61,529 nt of DNA from a virus (IMGVR_UViG_3300043775_000604:1-61529), one strand, 5' to 3'; positions 48,106 through 56,860 are shown, counted from the stretch's first letter. Translations and numbers: made by a program. Notes: a model not told the origin generated them from the letters alone.

Positions 48106-48361
48106 ATTTATAACAATCTATTTTAATTATTAAGTTATCATCAGTTTCTAATTCTAATACAGGCGTTGCCCAATAGCTTCTATTAATTCCAGCTATTTCA
48201 GTTTTATCATTAATCCGTCTTGTATACTTTCCGTCTAACCATATATCCTCAGCTGTCCAGTTCCAATCTTCAGCCATACCTAAACAAGCGCGTATTAAAC
48301 CTCTATTTTTTTTGTATTCGCCAATAAGTTTTTTTGCTTTGTCGTAATCGTAGTATTTCAT
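48083..48361 (-). CDS. Hypothetical protein
   Basis: 92 aa, LGMAEDWNWTA...SYWATP. Confidence 0.6.
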   Translation of the reverse strand: MKYYDYDKAKKLIGEYKKNRGLIRACLGMAEDWNWTAEDIWLDGKYTRRINDKTEIAGINRSYWATPVLELETDDNLIIKIDCYKYEQATDN

Positions 48362-48362
48362 A

Positions 48363-48800
48363 TTATTTATCTTTTAAGTGAGCTTTTCCAAATTCGTAAT
48401 ACTTTTGATACCCATGTATAGCATCCGCCATTTTATATTCGTCTGGCATACACTGCGGAGGATCACAGAAGTCTTCTGCTTTGATATTTACTGGTATGTT
48501 AGATAGAATATCTCTACACTTCTTAATAGTCAAATGTGTGCGTCCGTATCGCTTAGTGTATTCAGATCCTAATGCTAACATATATTCGTAGCACCATAAG
48601 TAATTAGCTTTTGATGATCGTACCCATACGGCTGATGGATGATTCATGTGTGTTTTTTTGTATGGTACATTACCATTGCCTGATAAGTGATGCGCAGTAC
48701 AAAGTAATTGTGCAGCTTCTAATACCATTTTTACCACGTGTTTCCCGTAATGCATCTCAGCTGCTTTGTAGGGGTCTCTATCTAAATAAAATATATTCAT
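48363..48800 (-). CDS. Pyrimidine-dimer DNA glycosylase (DenV)-family protein
   Basis: MNIFYLD...KHVVKMVLEAAQLL...HMNHPSAVW...EYTKRYG..H...PQCMPDEYK. Confidence 0.7.
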   Translation of the reverse strand: MNIFYLDRDPYKAAEMHYGKHVVKMVLEAAQLLCTAHHLSGNGNVPYKKTHMNHPSAVWVRSSKANYLWCYEYMLALGSEYTKRYGRTHLTIKKCRDILSNIPVNIKAEDFCDPPQCMPDEYKMADAIHGYQKYYEFGKAHLKDK

Positions 48801-48825
48801 AGTTAATTAATTTTGGTTACATTAA

Positions 48826-48857
48826 TATTATCTATTGTTATTCGTGTCCAGTTTGTA
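48826..48857 (-). promoter_or_regulatory. Class-1 early promoter motif 1
   Basis: + strand TATTATC-N10-CGTGTC-N5-TGTA, 25 nt upstream of ATG 48800. Confidence 0.7.
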
Positions 48858-49068
48858 AGCAATCATTTTTTTCTTTATATCCTTTTTTTAGTTTCATTAA
48901 TTTTTTAGATCTTTCTTTAGCATCCTCCCAATAATGTTCACATTCGCCATTTTTAATTGGAGGTTCAGTGAAGTAGGATTGTCTATATTCGCTAGGGTGA
49001 GCAGTATATCTATAGCATGTTAAAGCTAATTCACAGTTATTTCCGTTACACATTGTTATATCAGCCAT
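48838..49068 (-). CDS. Small Cys-rich hypothetical protein
   Basis: MADITMC...C...CYRY...QSYF...CEHYW. Confidence 0.6.
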   Translation of the reverse strand: MADITMCNGNNCELALTCYRYTAHPSEYRQSYFTEPPIKNGECEHYWEDAKERSKKLMKLKKGYKEKNDCLQTGHE

Positions 49069-49253
49069 ATCTTATTTCTTTTTATTTTATTGATTTTAAA
49101 CTATCATTTTTTCTATAAGCCATTACATCAAATGTAACACCTGATTCTGAATTGTCTATTCTTGTTTTATGAATTAATTTACCGTTAATATAAATGTAAC
49201 ATTCGTTTCCTGATATTACTTTGTATGTCATGTCTTATTTCTTTTTAAATTAT

Positions 49254-49616
49254 TTAATATAAACTTGCAACATATTTGTTAATACCATAGTCAAGTAAGA
49301 TGTATTCTTTACCATCCATTCCCCAATTTTTAGAATTATGTAAATCACAATTATCAAAATCAAACTCTTTAACTATTGATTTAATACGTCTAACAACTAT
49401 ATTTGGTACTACTAATAACTCTGTGTCGTATTTTTTCTGACAAACAATGCCCATAAACATCCATTTCAGTTCTGCTAAATACGCTACACTATTATACTTA
49501 TCCCAAATCTTCTTTTCATTGAGTCCTTGTAGATAACCTTTTCTGTTTATAGGTATTTTAATAACTATATTTTTTAATATGATTACTAATCTTGTTGAGT
49601 ACTTAAATGAAATCAT
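49254..49616 (-). CDS. Minimal protein-kinase-like protein
   Basis: STRLV...VIKIP...NE...DLHNSKNWG...LLDYG. Confidence 0.5.
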   Translation of the reverse strand: MISFKYSTRLVIILKNIVIKIPINRKGYLQGLNEKKIWDKYNSVAYLAELKWMFMGIVCQKKYDTELLVVPNIVVRRIKSIVKEFDFDNCDLHNSKNWGMDGKEYILLDYGINKYVASLY

Positions 49617-49619
49617 ATC

Positions 49620-49892
49620 TTATTTCTTTTTAATTTGTTCAAACCACAACTCTTTCATTTCTGCTTTAGTCTTATCAGCATAAATATGTTTATAAAACTT
49701 TTCAATAGTTTGTTCTGTTATTTTTTTAACTTCTTCTTCACTATACTTATTCTTATCTTGTTCTTGTTGCCATTTAGCACCCTTAATAAAAGTATCTTGT
49801 TTTATAATATTAATAATATCTTTTGATTTAACTCCATAATCTGTTGGATATAGTCTTTCAGCAACTTCTTCAAGTGTTTCTTTATTTTTCAT
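49620..49892 (-). CDS. Hypothetical protein (start corrected to ATG 49892)
   Basis: MKNKETLEEVAE...FIKGAKWQQE; longer track start overlaps the tRNA-like gene. Confidence 0.65.
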   Translation of the reverse strand: MKNKETLEEVAERLYPTDYGVKSKDIINIIKQDTFIKGAKWQQEQDKNKYSEEEVKKITEQTIEKFYKHIYADKTKAEMKELWFEQIKKK

Positions 49893-49909
49893 AGTTTTAA
49901 TTTGTTTAG

Positions 49910-49982
49910 TAGTCAGGACAGGATTCGAACCTGCATCTTCCCGTTGCCTGAACGGGCTCGTTACCATTTACGCCACCTGACT
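49910..49982 (-). tRNA. tRNA-like gene with atypical anticodon loop (TCAGGCA, nominal AGG)
   Basis: Perfect acceptor stem AGTCAGG/CCTGACT, T-arm GCAGG-TTCGAAT-CCTGT, anticodon stem CCCGT/ACGGG; C instead of U at 33. Confidence 0.7.
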
Positions 49983-50149
49983 TAGCTTCTAACGGATTAT
50001 CAGTTCCGACGCTTTTCACAGCTTAGCTATTTTATTTTAAGGCTGAATGAACTACCATTTAACTTATTCCTGATACTGCCGAATACCGACAGCGACAAGC
50101 ACCTTGTTTAATTATTTTACACAGTGTATAGCACTCGTAGTGCCACACA

Positions 50150-50755
50150 TTAATGGAATATTAATCCAATTTTATTATTAACATTAAACCACTTAGTTGC
50201 ATACAAATCGATCTCGCTAGCATTTACATAGCCGGCTGTTTCAAGATCGCTTTTAGACGAGAATATTTTAGTGTGTCGGTCATTGATTACGTCAATTAAA
50301 TTCTTTTGTTTACCTGAGTCACTAAATATTACGTCAAAGTTAGATGGCAATGTAACTTCTTTTAACATTGCCACAGAGTTAGTGTAGCTATAGAACTTAA
50401 TTTCTGGGAATAAATTAGCAATATCAATCCACTTTTGTAGGTATACTTTACTATAATAATCACCAGAATCATGGATTCTTACATAGTCAGGACGCTTCTT
50501 AAATAATTCGTCTGACATTTTACCAACAAACTCAGTAGTTCGTGTCAACTCATATCGCTTTTCAAATGCAGGTTTAACATTAGACCAGATATATGCGCCT
50601 TTCTGTGCATAACAGAATTTAATACATTCATCAGCGAATGGGCAGGTTAATTTACCGCTGGCAGATTTATATGCTGGTATACCAAAGTTAAATACTTTTA
50701 CACCAAGTAGCTTACTAGTTTTACGAAGCTTAGAGTTTTGCGTTAGTAAATTCAT
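50150..50755 (-). CDS. GP88-family radical-SAM-like protein
   Basis: NSKL, TCPFADECIKFCYA, RIHDSGDY, FYSYT. Confidence 0.7.
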   Translation of the reverse strand: MNLLTQNSKLRKTSKLLGVKVFNFGIPAYKSASGKLTCPFADECIKFCYAQKGAYIWSNVKPAFEKRYELTRTTEFVGKMSDELFKKRPDYVRIHDSGDYYSKVYLQKWIDIANLFPEIKFYSYTNSVAMLKEVTLPSNFDVIFSDSGKQKNLIDVINDRHTKIFSSKSDLETAGYVNASEIDLYATKWFNVNNKIGLIFH

Positions 50756-50772
50756 TTTGTTTATCTTTAATT

Positions 50773-50804
50773 TATTATCAGTTACTATTCGTGTTATGTT
50801 TGTA
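50773..50804 (-). promoter_or_regulatory. Class-1 early promoter motif 2
   Basis: TATTATC-N10-CGTGTT-N5-TGTA upstream of ATG 50755. Confidence 0.75.
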
Positions 50805-50805
50805 G

Positions 50806-51081
50806 CTACCCTACTTGGATAGTAGTATTAAAAGCTTTTACTCTTAATAATCTGTCGATGTTAATAGTACGGTATGCTCCATCTTGCATTGAGAATACTA
50901 TAATATTATTACGTGATGCTGGATTATAAAGTGTGCTACCACCTTTAAGATAGCTTGATACACCTAATCTTGCAACCATTTTACGTTCAGATCCATCTAA
51001 TTTGCGGAATGTTACGCTAAATAACTTACCATCATTGCCAACAAATTTTCTAAAGTCTTCTACTGTTTTAATCGTATTCAT
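50806..51081 (-). CDS. SH3/WYL-like small beta-barrel protein
   Basis: FSVTFRKLDGSERKM...YRTINID. Confidence 0.6.
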   Translation of the reverse strand: MNTIKTVEDFRKFVGNDGKLFSVTFRKLDGSERKMVARLGVSSYLKGGSTLYNPASRNNIIVFSMQDGAYRTINIDRLLRVKAFNTTIQVG

Positions 51082-51085
51082 ATAT

Positions 51086-51340
51086 TTATTTTTTATCGTA
51101 TTTATAATAGTTGTATTGCATTGTTTCTATAAGTTCTCTACCGTACGCCGTGTGAAATCCATAACTATGTGTATAACCTAATATAGGCTTGTTTTCTAGC
51201 AATAAGTATAGCATGTCAAATTCGTCTTGATCAAATTGTTTACTTGTTTTAGTTATAGACTTTGCCAAAGCACTACAATTATGCCTTGGCGTTTGATCAA
51301 GTATGTTTTCTATATAATCTTTTACTTGTGATGCTTTCAT
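51086..51340 (-). CDS. Hypothetical protein
   Basis: 84 aa early-arm ORF. Confidence 0.6.
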   Translation of the reverse strand: MKASQVKDYIENILDQTPRHNCSALAKSITKTSKQFDQDEFDMLYLLLENKPILGYTHSYGFHTAYGRELIETMQYNYYKYDKK

Positions 51341-51349
51341 TATTCTGGT

Positions 51350-51688
51350 TTAGAAAGTTAATCTAGCGGCTATGCCATCATTTAATTCGTCCAAGAAATT
51401 TCTGGTAAATTCTCTTTCGGAAAAGTTAGTATTCATTTCTAAAGTAAAGCTAGAGCCATATCCGCCATTAAGCTCAGGTTCAATTTCAATAAATGCATCA
51501 TAGTCGCAATTTTCTAATACCTCGGTTACAATATTAGTTACATCTTCAACTGATAAACTACTAGGCTGGTCTACACGTTTGAATAGCTCTAACGCATCTT
51601 CAATAGTTATCAATGTTAATCCGGTTTCTTTATAAGATGTTAATCTATCGATCACATCAGTTACTGTAATTTTTACTTCATCACTCAT
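51350..51688 (-). CDS. Acidic hypothetical protein
   Basis: 112 aa, directly below promoter motif 3. Confidence 0.65.
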   Translation of the reverse strand: MSDEVKITVTDVIDRLTSYKETGLTLITIEDALELFKRVDQPSSLSVEDVTNIVTEVLENCDYDAFIEIEPELNGGYGSSFTLEMNTNFSEREFTRNFLDELNDGIAARLTF

Positions 51689-51715
51689 TTTATTTATGTT
51701 TTTTAGTTACACTTA

Positions 51716-51747
51716 TATTATCAATTTGTTATCGTATTAGTTTTGTA
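51716..51747 (-). promoter_or_regulatory. Class-1 early promoter motif 3
   Basis: TATTATC-N10-CGTATT-N5-TGTA. Confidence 0.8.
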
Positions 51748-51961
51748 TTACTCTTTTTTCTAAGAAATATACACCTTCACTAAGAGGAAAGGCTATTGTA
51801 CCGTCTTGTTCTTGTATATATCCGCCATTGCTTTCAGATATTATAGTAAAATAGATTGTATTATTAACTATTCTATCCAATATTACTTCGCAATCTTCGG
51901 TCGTGTCAGGATAATATACCACATTTTTTTTTACATGTTTTAAGTCTACCTGTTTACCCAT
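51737..51961 (-). CDS. Hypothetical protein
   Basis: 74 aa. Confidence 0.55.
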   Translation of the reverse strand: MGKQVDLKHVKKNVVYYPDTTEDCEVILDRIVNNTIYFTIISESNGGYIQEQDGTIAFPLSEGVYFLEKRVIQN

Positions 51962-52131
51962 ATATTTATGGTTTTATAATATAGGTTAAACCTTTGAAAT
52001 TGAACCATTTAGTTATACCGTCTTGTTCTTTGTCATCATTGAATATGAATCCAAAACTTTGCGGTAGATCACCGACCATATATGGAGTGTATAGCACGCC
52101 ATTTAGGCTAATCAAGTTGTTCTTTAAGAAT

Positions 52132-52347
52132 TTAATTTTTTTCATTTGTAGTTATTTTAAGTATGTATTCCCAAATTTCATATTCACGTTGAGCAGAGCG
52201 TAAACAACTTTGTAATTGCTCTGTAGATAAAGGACCGTTGCCTTTGTCCCATCTTAAATCTTCCTTACATCTATCGATATCAAATCGTAAGGTTGTCACT
52301 TTAGCTAACGCTTTTAAGTGTGTCCGGTTGTTTATAGTTTCTCCCAT
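52132..52347 (-). CDS. Hypothetical protein
   Basis: 71 aa. Confidence 0.55.
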   Translation of the reverse strand: MGETINNRTHLKALAKVTTLRFDIDRCKEDLRWDKGNGPLSTEQLQSCLRSAQREYEIWEYILKITTNEKN

Positions 52348-52468
52348 CTTTATTTATCATTGAGTTAAAGGCTTCCATCATTTTTTCGTTGTCCGAGTAG
52401 TAATAACTTTTTACTACATTACGCATCCATTCGTTAAATTTTTCTGCTTTTTCCATGTTATATCTATT

Positions 52469-52681
52469 TTAACAATATTCTAATTTAGCAATTAATTTAT
52501 CATATATTTCTTCAATATCATCTTCACTTAAGATATTAAATATACTTATACCCTTATAGAATACGTCTTCAATAATATATTCAGGGTACTCTGCAGGTTG
52601 CCAATGCGTTTGTGGTATATATTCTCCTTCAACACGGAAATCAACCTCAACAACTTCGCTACGATATGTTACACTTTCCAT
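52469..52681 (-). CDS. Acidic hypothetical protein
   Basis: 70 aa, PQTHWQPAEYPE. Confidence 0.6.
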   Translation of the reverse strand: MESVTYRSEVVEVDFRVEGEYIPQTHWQPAEYPEYIIEDVFYKGISIFNILSEDDIEEIYDKLIAKLEYC

Positions 52682-52686
52682 AATTA

Positions 52687-52929
52687 TTATTTGTTATCTT
52701 TAATTCTTATTAACTCACCATCTTCTAGTATTCTAACTTCTAATGTATTTCTCCCTATGTCTTCCCAATGGTTGCCATACGTTAATCCAATAGCTACCAT
52801 GATATTATTAAATCTTTGCACTATTCTACCGTTATAATCACCATTTTCAATTATAATTGCTATCTGGCCATCTCTAAGGTCTCTAGCTAATACTCTATTT
52901 TTTCTTTCATTACCAATTAATTCTACCAT
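52687..52929 (-). CDS. Hypothetical protein
   Basis: 80 aa, directly below promoter motif 4. Confidence 0.65.
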   Translation of the reverse strand: MVELIGNERKNRVLARDLRDGQIAIIIENGDYNGRIVQRFNNIMVAIGLTYGNHWEDIGRNTLEVRILEDGELIRIKDNK

Positions 52930-52955
52930 AATTATTATTTTTTTAGTTACATTAA

Positions 52956-52987
52956 TATTATCAATTCACGGTCGTATTTAGATTGTA
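52956..52987 (-). promoter_or_regulatory. Class-1 early promoter motif 4
   Basis: TATTATC-N10-CGTATT-N5-TGTA. Confidence 0.8.
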
Positions 52988-53086
52988 AACCCATCTTCGT
53001 CGAACTCTTCTTCAAAATCGGAATGCTCTAAACAATCGGCACAAAGTTCACTAAATATGTGATGTCTTGGTGCACCACAACAATTA

Positions 53087-53227
53087 CTATATTCTTCCAT
53101 TGTATTTATTTTCTTTTTTGTTTATAATTTTCGTTAACATATCGTGTATAAAGGCCACCAAAAAAACGATCGATGCTAAGATGATAGCGATAAATAATAC
53201 GCTAAATAAGTTTTGTGTTGTTTCCAT
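53087..53227 (-). CDS. Small single-TM protein (start corrected to 53227)
   Basis: METTQNLFSVLFIAIILASIVFLVAFIH... Confidence 0.55.
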   Translation of the reverse strand: METTQNLFSVLFIAIILASIVFLVAFIHDMLTKIINKKENKYNGRI

Positions 53228-53228
53228 A

Positions 53229-53546
53229 TTAGTCTTTGTATATATAAGTTTCATTACCATCCCAAACATCATTACCTAAATACCATACAAAATTCTTTTG
53301 ACGTATTTGCAATGGAGAATTGTACGTGTATAGCAGGTAGTTCAACCGCTCTTTAGTTGTTTTAGTTTCCCAACCGCAATTGCTAATATAAACTTTGCCA
53401 TCGTATTTTGACCGGTATGCGATAGTATTACCATGCAATTTTAAATACACATTATAATCATTAACTTCAATACTCATGTTTTCTCTTCGAAACGGTTTAC
53501 CGGCTATAAAGGCATGTACCGAATCCATTGTTATGTTATTTGCCAT
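53229..53546 (-). CDS. Hypothetical protein
   Basis: 105 aa, LHGNTIA...CGWETKTTKERLN. Confidence 0.65.
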   Translation of the reverse strand: MANNITMDSVHAFIAGKPFRRENMSIEVNDYNVYLKLHGNTIAYRSKYDGKVYISNCGWETKTTKERLNYLLYTYNSPLQIRQKNFVWYLGNDVWDGNETYIYKD

Positions 53547-53547
53547 A

Positions 53548-53739
53548 TTAATCTCTATTTACAATTTCAAATTCTACATCAAAGAAATCATCGCTATCTA
53601 ATACCAATTCCGCGTTATTATAGTCGTACATTACAAACTCTACGGCTTGCTCTTCACTCGTTGCTTCAACGGTTACTATTCTAATAAGTGTTTCAACAAC
53701 TTCAACACTATATTCTTTTGTTACTGGATATACACTCAT
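53548..53739 (-). CDS. DpnD/PcfM-like protein
   Basis: YSVEVVETLIRIVTVEATSEEQA...Y...ELVLDSDDF. Confidence 0.65.
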   Translation of the reverse strand: MSVYPVTKEYSVEVVETLIRIVTVEATSEEQAVEFVMYDYNNAELVLDSDDFFDVEFEIVNRD

Positions 53740-53740
53740 A

Positions 53741-53944
53741 TTACTTTGTTTTATGTAAGTTTAATTGATACTCTATTTCCTCATGGATTTCCTTAATACT
53801 ACGTTGTATATGGTATGACATTTGAACTTGTTCGTTGTCTCCGGTTCGTATAGCATCCGCTAATATATCCGTGTGGTCATCATACAAATGGTCAATAGCC
53901 ACTTGAATTACATTTGCTTCGCTAGTTGTTATGTTTATTATCAT
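53741..53944 (-). CDS. Hypothetical protein
   Basis: 67 aa. Confidence 0.55.
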   Translation of the reverse strand: MIINITTSEANVIQVAIDHLYDDHTDILADAIRTGDNEQVQMSYHIQRSIKEIHEEIEYQLNLHKTK

Positions 53945-54236
53945 TGTATTTATAGTTATCGTTATAGTTAAAATGTGCCCATATTACTTCATTGATTAAT
54001 TCAATTTCCGTCAAGTCTCTACCCTTAGATAAGTATTTTACACTATGGTAGAAGTCGGTTAAATCTTTATCCGGTTTACCCCACGTTTGTAAGAATTCAT
54101 CTAAAGCGAGAGTCTTATCTTGGGCATAGTTAATACCGGTGATAGCACTATATTCCTTAAAGACTATCACTACTCTATCGTCACTACTACAACGATATAT
54201 TTGCGTACTTTGTACTAAAACATTATCTTTCTCCAT
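53922..54236 (-). CDS. Hypothetical protein
   Basis: 104 aa. Confidence 0.6.
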   Translation of the reverse strand: MEKDNVLVQSTQIYRCSSDDRVVIVFKEYSAITGINYAQDKTLALDEFLQTWGKPDKDLTDFYHSVKYLSKGRDLTEIELINEVIWAHFNYNDNYKYNDNKHNN

Positions 54237-54237
54237 A

Positions 54238-54429
54238 TTACTTTTCTTTTAAGGTTAAACTTTTTAATTTCTCTAAGGCATCACGCTCAAGCATACGAAC
54301 ATAACCCGCGGTCATGAGAGGCCGTCTACCATCTTTTTCCGCATTAACAATGTCATTGATAATTTCGGTAATATACATTTTTAAACCTTGCTCAATTAAG
54401 TGAGCTTCGAACCCGTTAAACTTTTTCAT
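54238..54429 (-). CDS. Hypothetical protein
   Basis: 63 aa. Confidence 0.6.
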   Translation of the reverse strand: MKKFNGFEAHLIEQGLKMYITEIINDIVNAEKDGRRPLMTAGYVRMLERDALEKLKSLTLKEK

Positions 54430-54430
54430 A

Positions 54431-54643
54431 TTAGTTTTCTTTACTTAATAATTCATACTTTAATTCTACCCAATAACCACCACCTCGTTTGGAAGTTGCA
54501 AAGTCAAACCAACCGTATACATCGTAACTTTCATCAGCGATCAAATACGCTAAGAATGCAGGACCATAATTAGGTTGTGTTAATACTTCATCTATCGCTT
54601 CAACTTGTTGAGCTCTACTCAATTTTCTAAAATCTAAATTCAT
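54431..54643 (-). CDS. Hypothetical protein
   Basis: 70 aa, directly below promoter motif 5. Confidence 0.6.
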   Translation of the reverse strand: MNLDFRKLSRAQQVEAIDEVLTQPNYGPAFLAYLIADESYDVYGWFDFATSKRGGGYWVELKYELLSKEN

Positions 54644-54671
54644 ATCACTATATTTTTATTTGTTACACTTA

Positions 54672-54703
54672 TATTATCAACACTCTATCGTATTATGTTT
54701 GTA
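54672..54703 (-). promoter_or_regulatory. Class-1 early promoter motif 5
   Basis: TATTATC-N10-CGTATT-N5-TGTA. Confidence 0.8.
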
Positions 54704-54709
54704 AACACA

Positions 54710-54925
54710 TTAATCTATCGGTACATTGTTGTGGTTCCACAATCTCGTAAATGCATGGGTCTTACCCTTACGAAATACCGACTTACCTCGAGTAACTACC
54801 TTACTACTCTCTTTCGCCGTAAAGCCACGGATTTCACCATAAGTCGATCGAACCAACTCTAAATGTGCATTATTCCTAAATTTACGGGTACGTTCTTTGT
54901 ACTCACAAGCTTCTTGCATCGTCAT
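54710..54925 (-). CDS. Basic hypothetical protein
   Basis: 71 aa. Confidence 0.55.
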   Translation of the reverse strand: MTMQEACEYKERTRKFRNNAHLELVRSTYGEIRGFTAKESSKVVTRGKSVFRKGKTHAFTRLWNHNNVPID

Positions 54926-54950
54926 ATTACTATCTTTTAGGGGTTAAACA

Positions 54951-55049
54951 TTATCTTCTTAGTACATAAGAGGCACTTTTCGCCGCTTCTAAGAACTCAA
55001 ATTTCAATCTTAATACTACAAGCCTAAAGGCACTAGAATAATTCGCCAT
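54951..55049 (-). CDS. Micro-ORF (32 aa) below promoter motif 6
   Basis: MANYSSAFRLVVLRLKFEFLEAAKSASYVLRR with A/T-rich leader. Confidence 0.45.
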   Translation of the reverse strand: MANYSSAFRLVVLRLKFEFLEAAKSASYVLRR

Positions 55050-55083
55050 AATCGTTTAAATTTAATTGTTATACTTACATTTA

Positions 55084-55115
55084 TATTATCAATACACTAT
55101 CGTATTAGTCTTGTA
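55084..55115 (-). promoter_or_regulatory. Class-1 early promoter motif 6
   Basis: TATTATC-N10-CGTATT-N5-TGTA. Confidence 0.8.
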
Positions 55116-55188
55116 AAAGGGTATACTTCATTTATAAGAAATAAAAGTACTTATATGGTAATACCCTATCTCTCTACAAGAAACGTAG

Positions 55189-55266
55189 TCATACCAAGCC
55201 TTCGTTGAAGTCGTTGATAAAATTTAGGTACTCAATGTACTCTTCGGTGGTTACTACTTTGTCCAT
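55189..55266 (-). CDS. Micro-ORF (25 aa, acidic) below promoter motif 7
   Basis: MDKVVTTEEYIEYLNFINDFNEGLV with AATTATG start context. Confidence 0.45.
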   Translation of the reverse strand: MDKVVTTEEYIEYLNFINDFNEGLV

Positions 55267-55296
55267 AATTAGTTATTTATTCGTTTGTTACACATA

Positions 55297-55328
55297 TATT
55301 ATCAATGGGGTCTCGTGTTAGTCTTGTA
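55297..55328 (-). promoter_or_regulatory. Class-1 early promoter motif 7
   Basis: TATTATC-N10-CGTGTT-N5-TGTA. Confidence 0.8.
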
Positions 55329-55394
55329 TGCTATACGCTTCGCGGGTAAGTTACGAGGAAAAAGTACCGTGGCGCCCCGAATATCCGGAAAAAG

Positions 55395-55438
55395 GTGACA
55401 TTAGGGGCTTAAGTTAATATATAGTGGGCTAACGTCAC
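55395..55438. promoter_or_regulatory. Palindromic operator-like element, copy B
   Basis: GTGACATTAG-N24-CTAACGTCAC. Confidence 0.65.
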
Positions 55439-55467
55439 ACTTTTTATGTTACATAAATATAGTGTAG

Positions 55468-55507
55468 GACGGAGTCTACTCTTCCGACGCTATTTCAAAG
55501 TCAGGCC
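55468..55507. repeat. 40-bp dispersed repeat, copy 1 (copy 2 at 57273-57312)
   Basis: GACGGAGTCTACTCTTCCGACGCTATTTCAAAGTCAGGCC, 32/40 identical without gaps. Confidence 0.8.
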
Positions 55508-55587
55508 CGTATGTATTATCAGTAAAAAACCGTATTACCTCTGTATGCTATACCCTCTCCGAGGGTGTTTGCGATGGTTAATGGTCG

Positions 55588-55959
55588 TTATTCGTTGTCA
55601 TCATTTATTAATTTTTCTAGTTGTCCTTCTATTTTAACCGTTCCAACGTATCGATCGAAATCTTGTACGCTAATTGAGTCATCCGTAACCGTGAATTGGT
55701 ATTGTGCATCATCATGCTCAGGATCTGGACCTAAATAGATCGTATCGCCGTCGGTATCTTCGATTCGGATCGTTGCACCATCTCTTGGTATTGATTCCTC
55801 ATCATCATTCCACACAAAATGTGTGCGTTGTGAGCCATTTTCGAGACGTGTGATCTCATTTTCCATTGTTGTTACAGTAGTTATACCGATTGTTACTATT
55901 ACGCCTCCAAAGAAGCTTAAAACGCTTAATGTTACGATGTCTTCTTGTAGTTTTGTCAT
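55588..55959 (-). CDS. Membrane-anchored acidic hypothetical protein
   Basis: N-terminal TM segment; below promoter motif 8. Confidence 0.65.
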   Translation of the reverse strand: MTKLQEDIVTLSVLSFFGGVIVTIGITTVTTMENEITRLENGSQRTHFVWNDDEESIPRDGATIRIEDTDGDTIYLGPDPEHDDAQYQFTVTDDSISVQDFDRYVGTVKIEGQLEKLINDDNE

Positions 55960-55984
55960 GGTTACTTTATTTTAGTTACATTAA

Positions 55985-56016
55985 TATTATCATTTGTTCG
56001 CCGTATTTATCCCGTA
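55985..56016 (-). promoter_or_regulatory. Class-1 early promoter motif 8
   Basis: TATTATC-N10-CGTATT-N5-CGTA. Confidence 0.75.
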
Positions 56017-56031
56017 TGTATAGCAATTCCG

Positions 56032-56322
56032 CTATAAGGTAAATATCCTATCTAAATGTTCCTCTTTTAAAGAATCTTTGTAGGTTTCTACAAATTGTTC
56101 TTTTATACTAGCATCAAGGTTATTATCCCATTCAAGACCTAATTCTTCCAAGGCATGTTGTATTTTGTATAACTTTCTTAATTGTACATCAAGTTTGTCT
56201 ATTAAATCATTGTAATCCGTTCTATCAACATAACAATGTTGGTTGATATATCTTAGTAATTCTTCTTTTGATAAAGAACCTAAATTGCCTAAATAAGCGC
56301 TAGCTTTAACTAAATTTTTCAT
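56032..56322 (-). CDS. Hypothetical protein
   Basis: 96 aa, below promoter motif 9. Confidence 0.65.
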   Translation of the reverse strand: MKNLVKASAYLGNLGSLSKEELLRYINQHCYVDRTDYNDLIDKLDVQLRKLYKIQHALEELGLEWDNNLDASIKEQFVETYKDSLKEEHLDRIFTL

Positions 56323-56357
56323 AATTATAAAGTTTAAATTGTTATTAATTTCATATA

Positions 56358-56389
56358 TATTATCATTTGAACGTCGTATTCGGTTTGTA
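56358..56389 (-). promoter_or_regulatory. Class-1 early promoter motif 9
   Basis: TATTATC-N10-CGTATT-N5-TGTA. Confidence 0.8.
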
Positions 56390-56417
56390 TGTATAGCACC
56401 CGTTAGGGTCTAGAAAC

Positions 56418-56789
56418 CTACTTTTCAGTAGGCTCTAGATTTTCAATAGTCGCTAAGTGTCTAACATTAGCCGGCATATCCGTTGATTGTGACCAATATT
56501 CGCGCTTAATCCAACATGGCATGATAGATAACTTTGGCAACATTACATTCAATACATCGTCGTGATTGTAAGTTATTCGTTGATTCTTGTTGTTAACGAA
56601 TGTTATTATTTGATTACGACCTAACCATGACTTACGGACTACAAAGTTGGCTCGTTCGATCGGTGGATAGATTAGAGCCAACTGCTCTGGACTTAACGAT
56701 GCGATTGCATCCGCTATTAATTCTTTGCTAGTTTTAGCAACTACTACTTCTTCTACTTGTACTTCTTGTACTTTACTTGACTTTGCCAT
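56418..56789 (-). CDS. Hypothetical protein
   Basis: 123 aa, below promoter motif 10. Confidence 0.7.
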   Translation of the reverse strand: MAKSSKVQEVQVEEVVVAKTSKELIADAIASLSPEQLALIYPPIERANFVVRKSWLGRNQIITFVNNKNQRITYNHDDVLNVMLPKLSIMPCWIKREYWSQSTDMPANVRHLATIENLEPTEK

Positions 56790-56828
56790 AATTTTATTAT
56801 TTAGATTGTTATTATTTATTTACACTTA

Positions 56829-56860
56829 TATTATCATTAACTCGTCGTATTTATTCTGTA
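56829..56860 (-). promoter_or_regulatory. Class-1 early promoter motif 10
   Basis: TATTATC-N10-CGTATT-N5-TGTA. Confidence 0.8.

Noticed and set aside
49990-50025. Hammerhead ribozyme (CTGATAA and GAAA present on minus strand)
   Set aside because: Core needs CUGANGA, and both elements lie in hairpin loops rather than in the junction
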